DNA from: a virus
Virus record (IMG/VR): IMGVR_UViG_3300032323_001417
Coordinates: 37,665-101,664 of that record
Length of the DNA stretch: 64,000 bases
Reading direction: 5' to 3' (one strand)
Each line of letters begins with the position of its first letter. Within the stretch, counting starts at the first letter, position 1. Below are positions 50,360 through 59,418 of this stretch, in pieces. The position numbers were made by a program, and so were the translations under genes. The notes under the pieces are model-generated. The model saw nothing but the letters and a program-made list of their open reading frames with translations. It was not told where the DNA came from and did not search any database.

Positions 50360-50600
50360 AGAAATAAAAAAAGATAAAAATATTATTTATAAAGAAGTAA
50401 AAGATGATAGAACAATAGTTTATGAAAGTAAAATGTATACTGTAGATGAATTTGTATCCAAGTATTCCCACGCACTAGCCTCTTACTTACTTAGTAGGCA
50501 GCTTGGAGACAAGAGTAAAAAGTCTCACATTGTTGATCTTGCGGTAGAAAATGCTTCTTTTGCAGAATCCCTTTATATTGGAATGGATAGTTTTAGTTGA
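50349..50600 (+). CDS. Hypothetical protein
   Basis: Overlapping ORF. Confidence 0.5.
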   Translation: MKNKEIKKDKNIIYKEVKDDRTIVYESKMYTVDEFVSKYSHALASYLLSRQLGDKSKKSHIVDLAVENASFAESLYIGMDSFS

Positions 50601-50743
50601 TGTTTTTAACAAAAATGATTAAGTTTGCAGAAAAAATTGGCATGGATGTAGATGAACTTATGGAAATGACGGTTCTAGATGCCATAATGAAAATAGAAGA
50701 AACTAGAGACATGTGGGCAGATTTAAGAAAAGAAATCGGATAG
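50600..50743 (+). CDS. Hypothetical protein (47 aa, not in ORF track)
   Basis: TGATG coupling; MFLTKMIKFAEKIGMDVDELMEM. Confidence 0.5.
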   Translation: MFLTKMIKFAEKIGMDVDELMEMTVLDAIMKIEETRDMWADLRKEIG

Positions 50744-50764
50744 TCTTTAAGGTATAATTAAATA

Positions 50765-51700
50765 GTGAGTTCTCTAATAGATATAAAAGTAGTTGGTTGT
50801 GGTGGCGGTGGAATAAACGCTGTAGATAGCATGATCTTGTCTGGACTATCTGGAGTTGAATTTATTGCAGTCAATACTGACGTTCAAGCATTAATGCCAA
50901 GTTTGGCAGATGTTAAAATTGATATTGGAAGAGATAGAACTGGTGGTCTTGGTGCTGGAGCAGATCCAAATATTGGAAGACTTTCAGCAAAAGATAGCAT
51001 AAATGAAATTTCTGAAGTTGTTACAGGAGCAGATGTTGTTTTTGTTACTGCTGGAATGGGGGGCGGAACTGGAACTGGGTCTGCACCGATTGTTGCCAAC
51101 TGTGCTAAAAAGGCTGGAGCCCTCACTGTAGGCGTTGTAACTACCCCATTTGGGTTTGAGGGCAAGAAGCGTATGAATAATGCCTTAGAGGGAATTAATA
51201 ATTTTAGTAAGGAAGTTGACACACTAATTGTTATTCCAAATGAGAATCTTATTTCTATGCTTGATCCAGATATTTCTATGGAAGAAGCCTTTAAAGAAGC
51301 TGACGATGTTTTATTAAAAGCTGTAGCAGGAGTGTCAGATTTAATTACAACCCCTGGTCAAATCAACATTGACTTTGCAGATATAAAAAGAGTTATGAAA
51401 AATGCTGGAGCAGCCTTTATGGGGATTGGGTATGCAGATGGCGAGGATCGTGCAGATGTTGCAGGTAATAAAGCAATAACAAGTCCAATTTTAGACGTAA
51501 ATCTTAATGGTGCAACTGGAGTTTTAATTTCAATTGCGTCATCTGGACAAATTAAAATGCAAGAAGTTAATAAGATCGCATCACTTGTTTCTGAAAAAGC
51601 TCATGAAGACGCTGACATTATATTTGGAACAGTCTTGGATGAAGATCTTGAGGATGGTATTTTAGTAACTGTTATAGCGACAGGCTTTATAAATGAATGA
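50765..51700 (+). CDS. ftsZ: FtsZ, GTPase core only (no C-terminal linker or conserved peptide)
   Basis: IKVVGCGGGG, NTD.QAL, GLGAGADP, GMGGGTGTG, PFGFEG, INIDFAD, VTVIATGF then stop; TATAAT 6 nt before the GTG. Confidence 0.95.
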   Translation: MSSLIDIKVVGCGGGGINAVDSMILSGLSGVEFIAVNTDVQALMPSLADVKIDIGRDRTGGLGAGADPNIGRLSAKDSINEISEVVTGADVVFVTAGMGGGTGTGSAPIVANCAKKAGALTVGVVTTPFGFEGKKRMNNALEGINNFSKEVDTLIVIPNENLISMLDPDISMEEAFKEADDVLLKAVAGVSDLITTPGQINIDFADIKRVMKNAGAAFMGIGYADGEDRADVAGNKAITSPILDVNLNGATGVLISIASSGQIKMQEVNKIASLVSEKAHEDADIIFGTVLDEDLEDGILVTVIATGFINE

Positions 51701-52340
51701 CATTCAGTGGACCTTTGGAATCATAACTGTATATGAAGATAAGCAAAGGCTTCAAGAGATTATAGAGAGCATTCGTAATCTTAATATTCCAGAGTATGAA
51801 ATATTATTTGTTGGTGGTGGAGATAGCTCTGGCATTGATGGAGAAGATGTTAGAAAGATTGATTTTGATGAATCAGTTAAAGAAAGATGGATTACAAGAA
51901 AAAAGAATATACTTGTAAAAGAAGCTAAATATGACAATATAGTTTTAATGCATGACTATCATATCTTTGATAAAGACTGGTACAAAAACTTTGTTGAGTT
52001 TGGAACTGATTGGGAAATTTGTTCTTGCCCTCAATACTTAATTACTGGATCAAGAAATCCTATGGATTGGTCTCTTTGGGATAAGCCAGGTCATGGTAGA
52101 GCCTGGTCTTTAAACTATGATGACTGGTCTCAAACTCAGCACATGTATATCTCTGGTGGATTCTTTATGGTCAAGCGTCATGTCATGATTGAAGAACCAC
52201 TTGATGAAAGTCGTGGATGGAACGAAGAAGAAGATGTTGAATGGTCTTATAGGGTAAGAGATAAATATGTTATGAAGTGCAATGGTAAAAGTATTGTTAG
52301 ACATAACAAGTGGCATAGACATGCAGGTCCACAAATATGA
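51693..52340 (+). CDS. Glycosyltransferase family 2-like protein
   Basis: TFGIIT, KKNILVKEAKYDNIVLMHDY, ISGGFF, EEDVEWS.R. Confidence 0.75.
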   Translation: MNDIQWTFGIITVYEDKQRLQEIIESIRNLNIPEYEILFVGGGDSSGIDGEDVRKIDFDESVKERWITRKKNILVKEAKYDNIVLMHDYHIFDKDWYKNFVEFGTDWEICSCPQYLITGSRNPMDWSLWDKPGHGRAWSLNYDDWSQTQHMYISGGFFMVKRHVMIEEPLDESRGWNEEEDVEWSYRVRDKYVMKCNGKSIVRHNKWHRHAGPQI

Positions 52341-53710
52341 GTAATAAGTTAGTTATATTTGATTTAGATGGTGTGCTAATTGATTCAAAAGATTTACACT
52401 ACAAAGCTCTTAACAATGCATTAGAAAAAGTTGATCCTAAATATAAAATATCATATCAAGAGCATCTGTCAAAATATGATGGTTTAAATACTAAGAAAAA
52501 ACTTTCTATGCTTACTCAAGAAAAAGGGCTGCCACAAGACTCTCATAATAAAGTATGGAAAGATAAGCAAGAAGAAACTTTCTTAATGCTTGAAAATCTT
52601 CCAGTAAATACTAAAGCTATAAATATTATGATGTATCTAAAATCTGAAGGTTGGAAAATTGCCATAGCATCTAATAGTATTAGAGAGACTATTATAAAGT
52701 CTTTGCATGGAATCCAGGTGCTTCATTTAGTAGATTACATTGTTAGCAATGAGGATGTTTGGCATCCAAAGCCACACCCAGAAATGTACTGGAAGTGCAT
52801 GGTGGCATTAGATGCATTTCCAAAAGATACAATAATTATAGAAGACTCTCACATTGGGAGGCAAGGAGCTTTAAATTCTGGAGCAAACCTGTACCCAGTT
52901 AAAGATTCCTATGATCTTAATGATACAATATTCATAGAGTTTATAGAAAAATTTGAAAAGAAAGAGAGAACTGGACAAGTGCCTTGGAAAAATAAAGAGA
53001 TGAATGTCCTTATACCTATGGCTGGTGCAGGTTCAAGATTTTCACAGGCAGGTTATACATTTCCAAAGCCATTGATTGAAGTTCATGGTAAGCCAATGAT
53101 CCAGGTAATTGTTGAAAATCTTAACATTGATGCACACTATATCTTCTTAGTACAAAAAGATCATTATGAAAAATATAATCTTAAGCAACTTCTTAACCTT
53201 ATTGCTCCAGACTGCGACATAGTTATTGTTGATGGAATGACTGAGGGTGCTGCTTGTACAACCTTACTTGCTCAAGAGCTTATCAATAACGAAAAGCCAC
53301 TTCTAATGGCTAACTCTGATCAGTATGTGGAATGGGACTCCAACGAAGCACTGTATGAGTTTGGTGCTAGCAATATAGACGGTGGAATACTTTCGTTTAA
53401 AGCAACTCATCCAAAGTGGTCTTTTGCAAAAGTTGGGGAAGATGGTTTTGTTTCAGAGGTAGCAGAAAAGAGTCCAATTTCTGATAATGCAACAGTTGGT
53501 ATATACTACTGGAAACACGGGTCTGATTACGTTAAGTATGCAAATCAAATGATTGATAAAAACATTAGAACTAATAATGAATTTTATGTTTGCCCAGTGT
53601 TTAATGAAGCCATACAAGATGGGAAAAAAGTTAGGTTAAAAATGATTGATAAGATGTGGGGAATTGGAACCCCTGAAGATTTAAATTACTTTCTGGAGAA
53701 TAATAAATGA
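52337..53710 (+). CDS. HAD phosphatase fused to a BcbE-like nucleotidyltransferase/GT-A domain
   Basis: FDLDGVL, KPHP, IEDS..G; then IPMAGAGSRF..PKPLI, NSDQ, GTPEDL. Confidence 0.85.
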   Translation: MSNKLVIFDLDGVLIDSKDLHYKALNNALEKVDPKYKISYQEHLSKYDGLNTKKKLSMLTQEKGLPQDSHNKVWKDKQEETFLMLENLPVNTKAINIMMYLKSEGWKIAIASNSIRETIIKSLHGIQVLHLVDYIVSNEDVWHPKPHPEMYWKCMVALDAFPKDTIIIEDSHIGRQGALNSGANLYPVKDSYDLNDTIFIEFIEKFEKKERTGQVPWKNKEMNVLIPMAGAGSRFSQAGYTFPKPLIEVHGKPMIQVIVENLNIDAHYIFLVQKDHYEKYNLKQLLNLIAPDCDIVIVDGMTEGAACTTLLAQELINNEKPLLMANSDQYVEWDSNEALYEFGASNIDGGILSFKATHPKWSFAKVGEDGFVSEVAEKSPISDNATVGIYYWKHGSDYVKYANQMIDKNIRTNNEFYVCPVFNEAIQDGKKVRLKMIDKMWGIGTPEDLNYFLENNK

Positions 53711-54306
53711 AAACTATTGTTGAAGTAGGGGCAAACTATGGTCACGATACTGCAAGGTTTGTTCAAGATAAAAATAACAATGTATGGGCTTTTGAACCAA
53801 CTCCAGAATTAGTTGAACATTTAAATGATAAATTTAAAAATGATAGTAACTTTAATCTTATAGATAAAGCTGTTGATATTGAAGAGGGAGAAAAAATATT
53901 TAATATAGCAGGTGGTGGAGACTGGGGATGTTCTTCACTTTACGAATTTGCTCCAGATATACATGAGAAATGGGAAGGTAGACCAGATTTCAATACTACT
54001 CATAAGGTTACTGTGCAAACAATAAGACTTGATTCTTTTATTGATGAAAACAATATTGACTCAATTGATTACTTGTGGGTTGATGCTCAGGGAAATGACT
54101 TCAGAGTTTTAAAAAGTCTTGGGGAAAAAATTTCAATTGTAAAAGAAGGAAAGTGTGAAGGAGCTTACACAGTGGACCTATATGTTAATACTGAAAATAA
54201 TGTAAGTGACATATGTGAATGGTTGACAAGTAAAGGATTTGAGTGTAAAATAGTTCCAGACAATGTTGGCAAAGAAGCAGATGTTCATTTTAGGAGAGTA
54301 ACATGA
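53707..54306 (+). CDS. FkbM-family SAM methyltransferase
   Basis: VEVGANYG, AFEP, IRLD, IDYLWVDAQG.D..VL. Confidence 0.85.
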   Translation: MKTIVEVGANYGHDTARFVQDKNNNVWAFEPTPELVEHLNDKFKNDSNFNLIDKAVDIEEGEKIFNIAGGGDWGCSSLYEFAPDIHEKWEGRPDFNTTHKVTVQTIRLDSFIDENNIDSIDYLWVDAQGNDFRVLKSLGEKISIVKEGKCEGAYTVDLYVNTENNVSDICEWLTSKGFECKIVPDNVGKEADVHFRRVT

Positions 54307-54764
54307 TTTATATATCCCACCGTGGAAATTTAACTGGAAAGCATCATGAGCTTGAAAATAGTCCTGTTTATATTTATCAAGCTATAGATAGAGGTTTTGA
54401 TGTAGAAGTAGATCTTCGTCACAAAGATGGACAGATATTTTTAGGTCATGAAAAACCACAGTATTTAATAGATGATAATTTTATTGATGACTGTAGAGAA
54501 AGTTTGTGGGTTCACTGCAAAGATAAAGAGTCTTTAAAGTACGCTCTTGATGAAAACTTGAACTGTTTTTTTCACAAGGCAGACGACTATACTTTAACTA
54601 GCAAGGGATATGTTTGGGCATTTCCAGGAGTTGCTAAAGCAAACTCAAACACAATTGCAGTTCTCCCAGAACTATTTAGAACTGTAGAAGAAATGAAAGA
54701 TTTAGACTATCATGGCTACTGCTCTGATGTGATTGAATATATAAGAAGTAGTCACAATGTTTAA
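54303..54764 (+). CDS. Glycerophosphodiester phosphodiesterase-like (PLC-like) protein
   Basis: ISHRG..EN, DVEVD, LGH, WVHCK, CSD. Confidence 0.7.
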   Translation: MIYISHRGNLTGKHHELENSPVYIYQAIDRGFDVEVDLRHKDGQIFLGHEKPQYLIDDNFIDDCRESLWVHCKDKESLKYALDENLNCFFHKADDYTLTSKGYVWAFPGVAKANSNTIAVLPELFRTVEEMKDLDYHGYCSDVIEYIRSSHNV

Positions 54765-55554
54765 AGAGATAGATTATAACAAACACTTTGTTATTGGTAC
54801 ACCGCTTGTAGGATGGAAAGCAGACATGGGTGAAGAAATGTCTTGGCTGGAAAACTCAAAACAAATAATTGAAAAATTCCCGAATGCAAAATTCTTCACT
54901 GCTCTAGAACTTGACAGCAGAGGCTTAGAGCCTTTTCAAAGAGTTCTAGAAAGCTTAAAGCAAATTAATGGAGACTTCTGGACATATACAATAAACGATA
55001 TGGAAAGCAGGGTAACCTCAGGAAATAGATGGATAAGAATTGAAACTGGTAGAAATTTAATTAGAGAGTTCGCACAAAGAGTTCGTGTAACTTCTGGACA
55101 TCACTGGGGAGAGGATTGTACAGAAGAAAATTTTGGAGTCATAAATTATGATGCAATCTTGTATGTTGATTCAGACATAGTAGTAACTGCAGAACTTATT
55201 GAGAAATTGTTTGAAGTTGATCATCCAATTGTCAGTGCAGATGTTCCAGCGTATGGACTAACAGGAAAGGTTGTTTCGGATAATCCAAGAATTGAAGAGC
55301 ACTGGAATACTGCAGGGATGCTTTTAGTAAACTCTCCTGCATTTTATGACCTTCCCTGGTATCATAATTCATATCTTAATTTAAGTGATGATCCAACATT
55401 CCAGTCAATGGCTGAAAGATTGCACAGAAGAGTTGGTGCTGAAGTGTTTGAAGATACATATGGTATGACTTGGGTAAGAAAAGATATAAAGGCAGATCAT
55501 AAAGGTCAGCTTCTTGCCGTTGAAAATAGAAGAATTCCTCCTAGAGATCTATAG
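54757..55554 (+). CDS. Putative GT-A fold glycosyltransferase
   Basis: GRNLIRE, ILYVDSD (DxD), TAGMLLV, SDDP. Confidence 0.65.
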   Translation: MFKEIDYNKHFVIGTPLVGWKADMGEEMSWLENSKQIIEKFPNAKFFTALELDSRGLEPFQRVLESLKQINGDFWTYTINDMESRVTSGNRWIRIETGRNLIREFAQRVRVTSGHHWGEDCTEENFGVINYDAILYVDSDIVVTAELIEKLFEVDHPIVSADVPAYGLTGKVVSDNPRIEEHWNTAGMLLVNSPAFYDLPWYHNSYLNLSDDPTFQSMAERLHRRVGAEVFEDTYGMTWVRKDIKADHKGQLLAVENRRIPPRDL

Positions 55555-55572
55555 ATTTCCTTAGGATGGGAA

Positions 55573-55601
55573 ACGACCTAGACAAGTCGTAAAACTGTCT
55601 A
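55573..55601 (+). ncRNA. Predicted H-type pseudoknot, copy A
   Basis: P1 ACGAC/GTCGT, P2 TAGACA/TGTCTA, loops C, A, AAAAC; same architecture as 59382-59411. Confidence 0.6.
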
Positions 55602-55626
55602 ATCCTATTTATGATAAACTAAATAG

Positions 55627-56133
55627 ATGCACAAAAAGTTTTTAGCCTCAATATTTTCAGTATTACTAGTTTTTGCTCAAGCAACACCAGCAAGTGCGTC
55701 TGATTCTATCAGATATAAGTCTACAGAAATTCAAAAAATTCCAAAAGGAAAGTGGACAACTTTAAGATTTAATGGTGGAAAAACAGAAATTCAGGGTAAT
55801 GGTAAGAGATCATTATTTTGTTATCAAGCTGTTATTGACACAAAGGGAAAGAAAAGACCCTCTTATATTAAATTAAGAATAACTAGAATAGTTCCAGGTC
55901 CAAATGATTCAAGTGCTACTAATACATATTTTTTTACAGAAAAACCAGGAAGTAAGTTTGTAGCTTCTAACTGTTGGAACATTGTAACAAAGCATCCTGT
56001 AGTAGTTCAAATAAGAATTACTGGAGGAAGCAAAACATATAATTCTGACATAAGACAATTTAAAATGTGGACTCCAAATGGGGAATATCCACAAGACTTC
56101 TCTGACTTTATTCCAGAAACAACCATTAATTAG
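55627..56133 (+). CDS. Secreted hypothetical protein (leaderless)
   Basis: Signal peptide ending ASA-S; TGATAAACT 6 nt upstream. Confidence 0.65.
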   Translation: MHKKFLASIFSVLLVFAQATPASASDSIRYKSTEIQKIPKGKWTTLRFNGGKTEIQGNGKRSLFCYQAVIDTKGKKRPSYIKLRITRIVPGPNDSSATNTYFFTEKPGSKFVASNCWNIVTKHPVVVQIRITGGSKTYNSDIRQFKMWTPNGEYPQDFSDFIPETTIN

Positions 56134-56194
56134 TTTATTAGTAATGATATAATAGATTTGTTAGATACGTCTAACGAGGAGTCTATGCAATAAA

Positions 56195-57748
56195 TTGAAA
56201 AAATTCTTTTCCTACCTACTATTAATTCCAATGTTTTTATTTGGAACAATGTTTTTAATATCTCCAGCAACACAGGCAAATACTCCACTTGTTTGTAACA
56301 TGTCTACAGTTACTGGAGATGATGATGGGTCTTTTCCGATGACCCTTCCATTTAGTCTTCAGTTAGGTAACACTAACTACAATCAAATATATTACAGCAC
56401 AAATGGTCTTATGTCATTTGGGCAGCCAGATGGTAATTTTTGGAGCTATCCATCAACCCCATCTGTAACTCTTGCAGGTAGGGACTGGGTTTCATTTGGT
56501 CCAGGTGCTTATACTTCATATGGATATAACGAAAACTCATTTTGTATTGAGTGGTCAGTTCGTCCATTCCCACAATCAAGCGGTCCTCTAACACAAATTA
56601 GATTAGTTGTAAATGTATTTCCTAATGGTGGATGGCATGGTGAGATTACAACTCTTGGATGGATTCCCCCAGACATTAGGCGTGGAATTGTATGGGAACA
56701 GAACGGAACACCATTACCAATCGAGGCAGCCTTTGATGTAAATGGTGGAGTTCCAGTTGAAGTTGAACCTGCTCCAGCCCCTACAAGCTTTACAGAGCCT
56801 CCTGCAATTCCTACTCAATGTTGGGATGGCAGTACAGTTTATGCTCCTGCCACATGTCCTGTTGAGCCAAGTCCTACCCCTACCCCTGAGCCAATTCCTA
56901 CTGCCAGCCCTGAACCACAGCCGTCAGTATCACCAGAGCCAACAATAGAACCGTCACCCCAGCCATCAGAGCCAAGCCCACAGCCGTCAGAACCTGTTGT
57001 GCAACCTTCAGAAACTTCTTCACCTAGTCCAACTCCTTCTTTAATTCCCTCAGAATCTCCGTTGCCCCCAGTAGAACCTGAGCCAACTCAAGACCCAACT
57101 CCTGAGCCAGAGATTTCATTTCCAGAATCATTAACTCCAATTCCAGACGAGAGTCCATCTCCTGATCCAGATCTTTCATCCACTGATCTTCCATCTGATA
57201 ATAATATCACAGAAACAACAGATGAAGAAATAAATACACTTGTTGAAGACTTTACTGAGAGTGGCAGTATTTCAGATGCTGAGACAGAACAGTTAATTGA
57301 TAACTTTTTGAATGATGGATTTATCTCTGAAGATGAAGTATCTGGTCTTTCAGAATCTTTGACTGAAGATGGTATTTTGACGGAAGATGAAAAAGAATTG
57401 CTTGTAGATGTTATCTTAGAACAAGCAGATGGTAATGCTATTTCAACTGAATTAATTGACGAACTTGGACTTGATTATGAAGACTTGCCAGATGATCAAC
57501 CAGTTATGTTAGAAAATGGCGTAATACTTTTTGCAGAAGTGGCAGACGCTTTAGAAATATTTGAAAATCCATCAGAAATTTTAAGTGCAGTGTTTACAGA
57601 TCCTGGTAAGGCTCTTACTGCTGTAGCTAACATTGGTGCAGACATGACACCAGAACAACGTGAAGAATCACAAACAGTGGTTGTTGCGTCCATTATTGTT
57701 GGACAGGTAATAGCATCAACTAATTTAATAACAGGGAGGATAAGATAA
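56195..57748 (+). CDS. Secreted/membrane-anchored protein with Pro/Ser/Thr/Glu-rich linker
   Basis: Signal peptide, beta-rich (NIDO-like) N-domain, PSPTPTPEP repeats, acidic helical repeats, C-terminal hydrophobic segment. Confidence 0.7.
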   Translation: MKKFFSYLLLIPMFLFGTMFLISPATQANTPLVCNMSTVTGDDDGSFPMTLPFSLQLGNTNYNQIYYSTNGLMSFGQPDGNFWSYPSTPSVTLAGRDWVSFGPGAYTSYGYNENSFCIEWSVRPFPQSSGPLTQIRLVVNVFPNGGWHGEITTLGWIPPDIRRGIVWEQNGTPLPIEAAFDVNGGVPVEVEPAPAPTSFTEPPAIPTQCWDGSTVYAPATCPVEPSPTPTPEPIPTASPEPQPSVSPEPTIEPSPQPSEPSPQPSEPVVQPSETSSPSPTPSLIPSESPLPPVEPEPTQDPTPEPEISFPESLTPIPDESPSPDPDLSSTDLPSDNNITETTDEEINTLVEDFTESGSISDAETEQLIDNFLNDGFISEDEVSGLSESLTEDGILTEDEKELLVDVILEQADGNAISTELIDELGLDYEDLPDDQPVMLENGVILFAEVADALEIFENPSEILSAVFTDPGKALTAVANIGADMTPEQREESQTVVVASIIVGQVIASTNLITGRIR

Positions 57749-57948
57749 TGAAGAAATGGTTGAAAGATAAGTTTCGTGAAACATTAAACCAAACATTTAC
57801 CCTTCTTGGCATGTTCGTAGCATGGGCAGTCCTAGACGGGTCTGCTAAAACAGTAGTTGGTTGGGCAATTATGCTATGCGTAGTTGTATGGTTGTTTTCA
57901 ATGAAATTTAGAGAAGAAAAGGAGGAAGAAGAAAATGGCAAAAAGTAA
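57748..57948 (+). CDS. Small 2-TM membrane protein
   Basis: TFTLLGMFVAW..L, followed by a second TM segment. Confidence 0.65.
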   Translation: MKKWLKDKFRETLNQTFTLLGMFVAWAVLDGSAKTVVGWAIMLCVVVWLFSMKFREEKEEEENGKK

Positions 57949-58246
57949 CGTAGATATAACAGTAATTGATAAAGAGACTGGAGAAGAAGTAATTGGTTCC
58001 AAAGCAGTAACAAATGTATGGAATATATTCTTCAGAATTGTTGCAGTATTTGCAGCATCTGGTCTATCAATCATTGGTGCAGGTTCCCTAGTAGGAATTG
58101 ACACCCTTACTGCTGTTATTATGGCAGGTACGCTTGGTGTTGCTACCGTTGTTGAAAAGCTTGCAAGAGCATTCCTAGACGATGGTAAGCTAAGTGCTAG
58201 TGAAATTAACTCAGCATTTAGTTCAGTAGACAAAAAAGCAGAATAG
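57935..58246 (+). CDS. Holin-like 2-TM membrane protein
   Basis: Two TM segments plus DDGKLS..EIN; adjacent to the M23 peptidase. Confidence 0.55.
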   Translation: MAKSNVDITVIDKETGEEVIGSKAVTNVWNIFFRIVAVFAASGLSIIGAGSLVGIDTLTAVIMAGTLGVATVVEKLARAFLDDGKLSASEINSAFSSVDKKAE

Positions 58247-58266
58247 TAAGTAGGATATAATATAGT

Positions 58267-58297
58267 AGGGGAGTCCTCCAAAGGACTCCCTTATTTT
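58267..58297 (+). terminator. Hairpin
   Basis: AGGGGAGTCCT-ccaa-AGGACTCCCTT-ATTTT. Confidence 0.65.
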
Positions 58298-58318
58298 ATA
58301 AAAAAGGAAATGATTTAA

Positions 58319-58708
58319 ATGGGTTCACCAATTGTTGGAGGTAAGGTTACAACACCTTACAAGAAGCTTGGAAAAATGTGGTCAAAAGGCTACCATACAG
58401 GTGTAGATTATGCTTGCAAAGTAGGTACAGATATTGTTGCTGTTGCTGATGGCAAGATTGAAAATGCTACCTGGGGAGCCAGCTATGGCACACAGCTAGT
58501 CCAAAAAGTTGAAGGTGGCTGGGTAATCTATGCACACCTTTCAAAGGCTCTAGTAAAGCCAGGAGACAAGGTAAAGAAGGGACAACACATTGGAGAGTCT
58601 GGTAATACAGGCAACTCTTCAGGTCCTCATCTTCACTTTGAAATGAGAGATAATATTAGATGGAGTGCAGGTAAGGATATTGATCCTACTGCAATTCTTG
58701 CGTCCTAA
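58319..58708 (+). CDS. M23 family peptidase (endolysin candidate)
   Basis: HTGVD, YAHLS, GNTGNSSGPHLHFE. Confidence 0.92.
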   Translation: MGSPIVGGKVTTPYKKLGKMWSKGYHTGVDYACKVGTDIVAVADGKIENATWGASYGTQLVQKVEGGWVIYAHLSKALVKPGDKVKKGQHIGESGNTGNSSGPHLHFEMRDNIRWSAGKDIDPTAILAS

Positions 58709-58726
58709 TATATCAAAATAACAATT

Positions 58727-58748
58727 GCCCCTAGAAATAGGGGCTTTT
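58727..58748 (+). terminator. Intrinsic terminator
   Basis: GCCCCTA-GAAA-TAGGGGC-TTTT. Confidence 0.8.
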
Positions 58749-58824
58749 GTATTTAATAAAACTATTTATCATTTTGTTATAATAAAAACTTGATTTTGTC
58801 ACTATTTCATGCTATTCTAGAATA

Positions 58825-59364
58825 ATGCGTATCAGAACCTTGGTTCCGATTGCCCTTGTTGCGGTTCTTGCAATTGCATCCCTACCAACAAGCCACAGTC
58901 AGACCAGTGCTAATGCACCGCAAAATGTAGCAAGTAGAGTTAGTGAAAATAGAAGTATTGAAATTGCTAAACTTGCAACATATGAAAAAGAAATAAAGAA
59001 AGATAAAACTAGAGACAATAAAAAAGCCTCTAGATCAAAAAAGGGAAGTTCCCCTGCAGTAAAAGCAAATCAAGCTTTTGCTAAATCCTATATGGAGTCC
59101 AAATATAATTGGGGAGAAGACCAGCACTCTTGCCTTGTGAATCTATGGAATCGTGAAAGTGGGTGGAGGCATACTGCTGACAACCCAACTTCAAGTGCCT
59201 ATGGAATACCACAAGCACTGCCTGGAAGTAAGATGGCAAGTGCAGGGGCAGATTGGAGAACAAATCCAGAAACACAAATCAAATGGGGTCTAAAGTATAT
59301 TGACAAACGATATAAGACTCCCTGTGGAGCATGGAGTGCATTCAAGAAAAAGGGCTGGTATTAA
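58825..59364 (+). CDS. Secreted lytic transglycosylase (SLT-like, actinobacterial type)
   Basis: Signal peptide; CL..LW.RESGW, AYGIPQALPGSKM, NPETQI.WGL.YI..RY..PCGAW. Confidence 0.88.
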   Translation: MRIRTLVPIALVAVLAIASLPTSHSQTSANAPQNVASRVSENRSIEIAKLATYEKEIKKDKTRDNKKASRSKKGSSPAVKANQAFAKSYMESKYNWGEDQHSCLVNLWNRESGWRHTADNPTSSAYGIPQALPGSKMASAGADWRTNPETQIKWGLKYIDKRYKTPCGAWSAFKKKGWY

Positions 59365-59381
59365 TTTACTAGTTTAATTAG

Positions 59382-59411
59382 ATGTCCTGAGCAAAGACAT
59401 TAAACTGCTCA
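59382..59411 (+). ncRNA. Predicted H-type pseudoknot, copy B
   Basis: P1 ATGTC/GACAT, P2 TGAGCA/TGCTCA, loops C, AA, TAAAC. Confidence 0.6.
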
Positions 59412-59418
59412 TTTAAAC

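Noticed and set aside
50765-55554. ftsZ plus glycan genes as bacterial chromosome flanking a prophage
   Set aside because: No dcw-cluster neighbours, integrase or att site; composition and promoter style match the phage genes on both sides.
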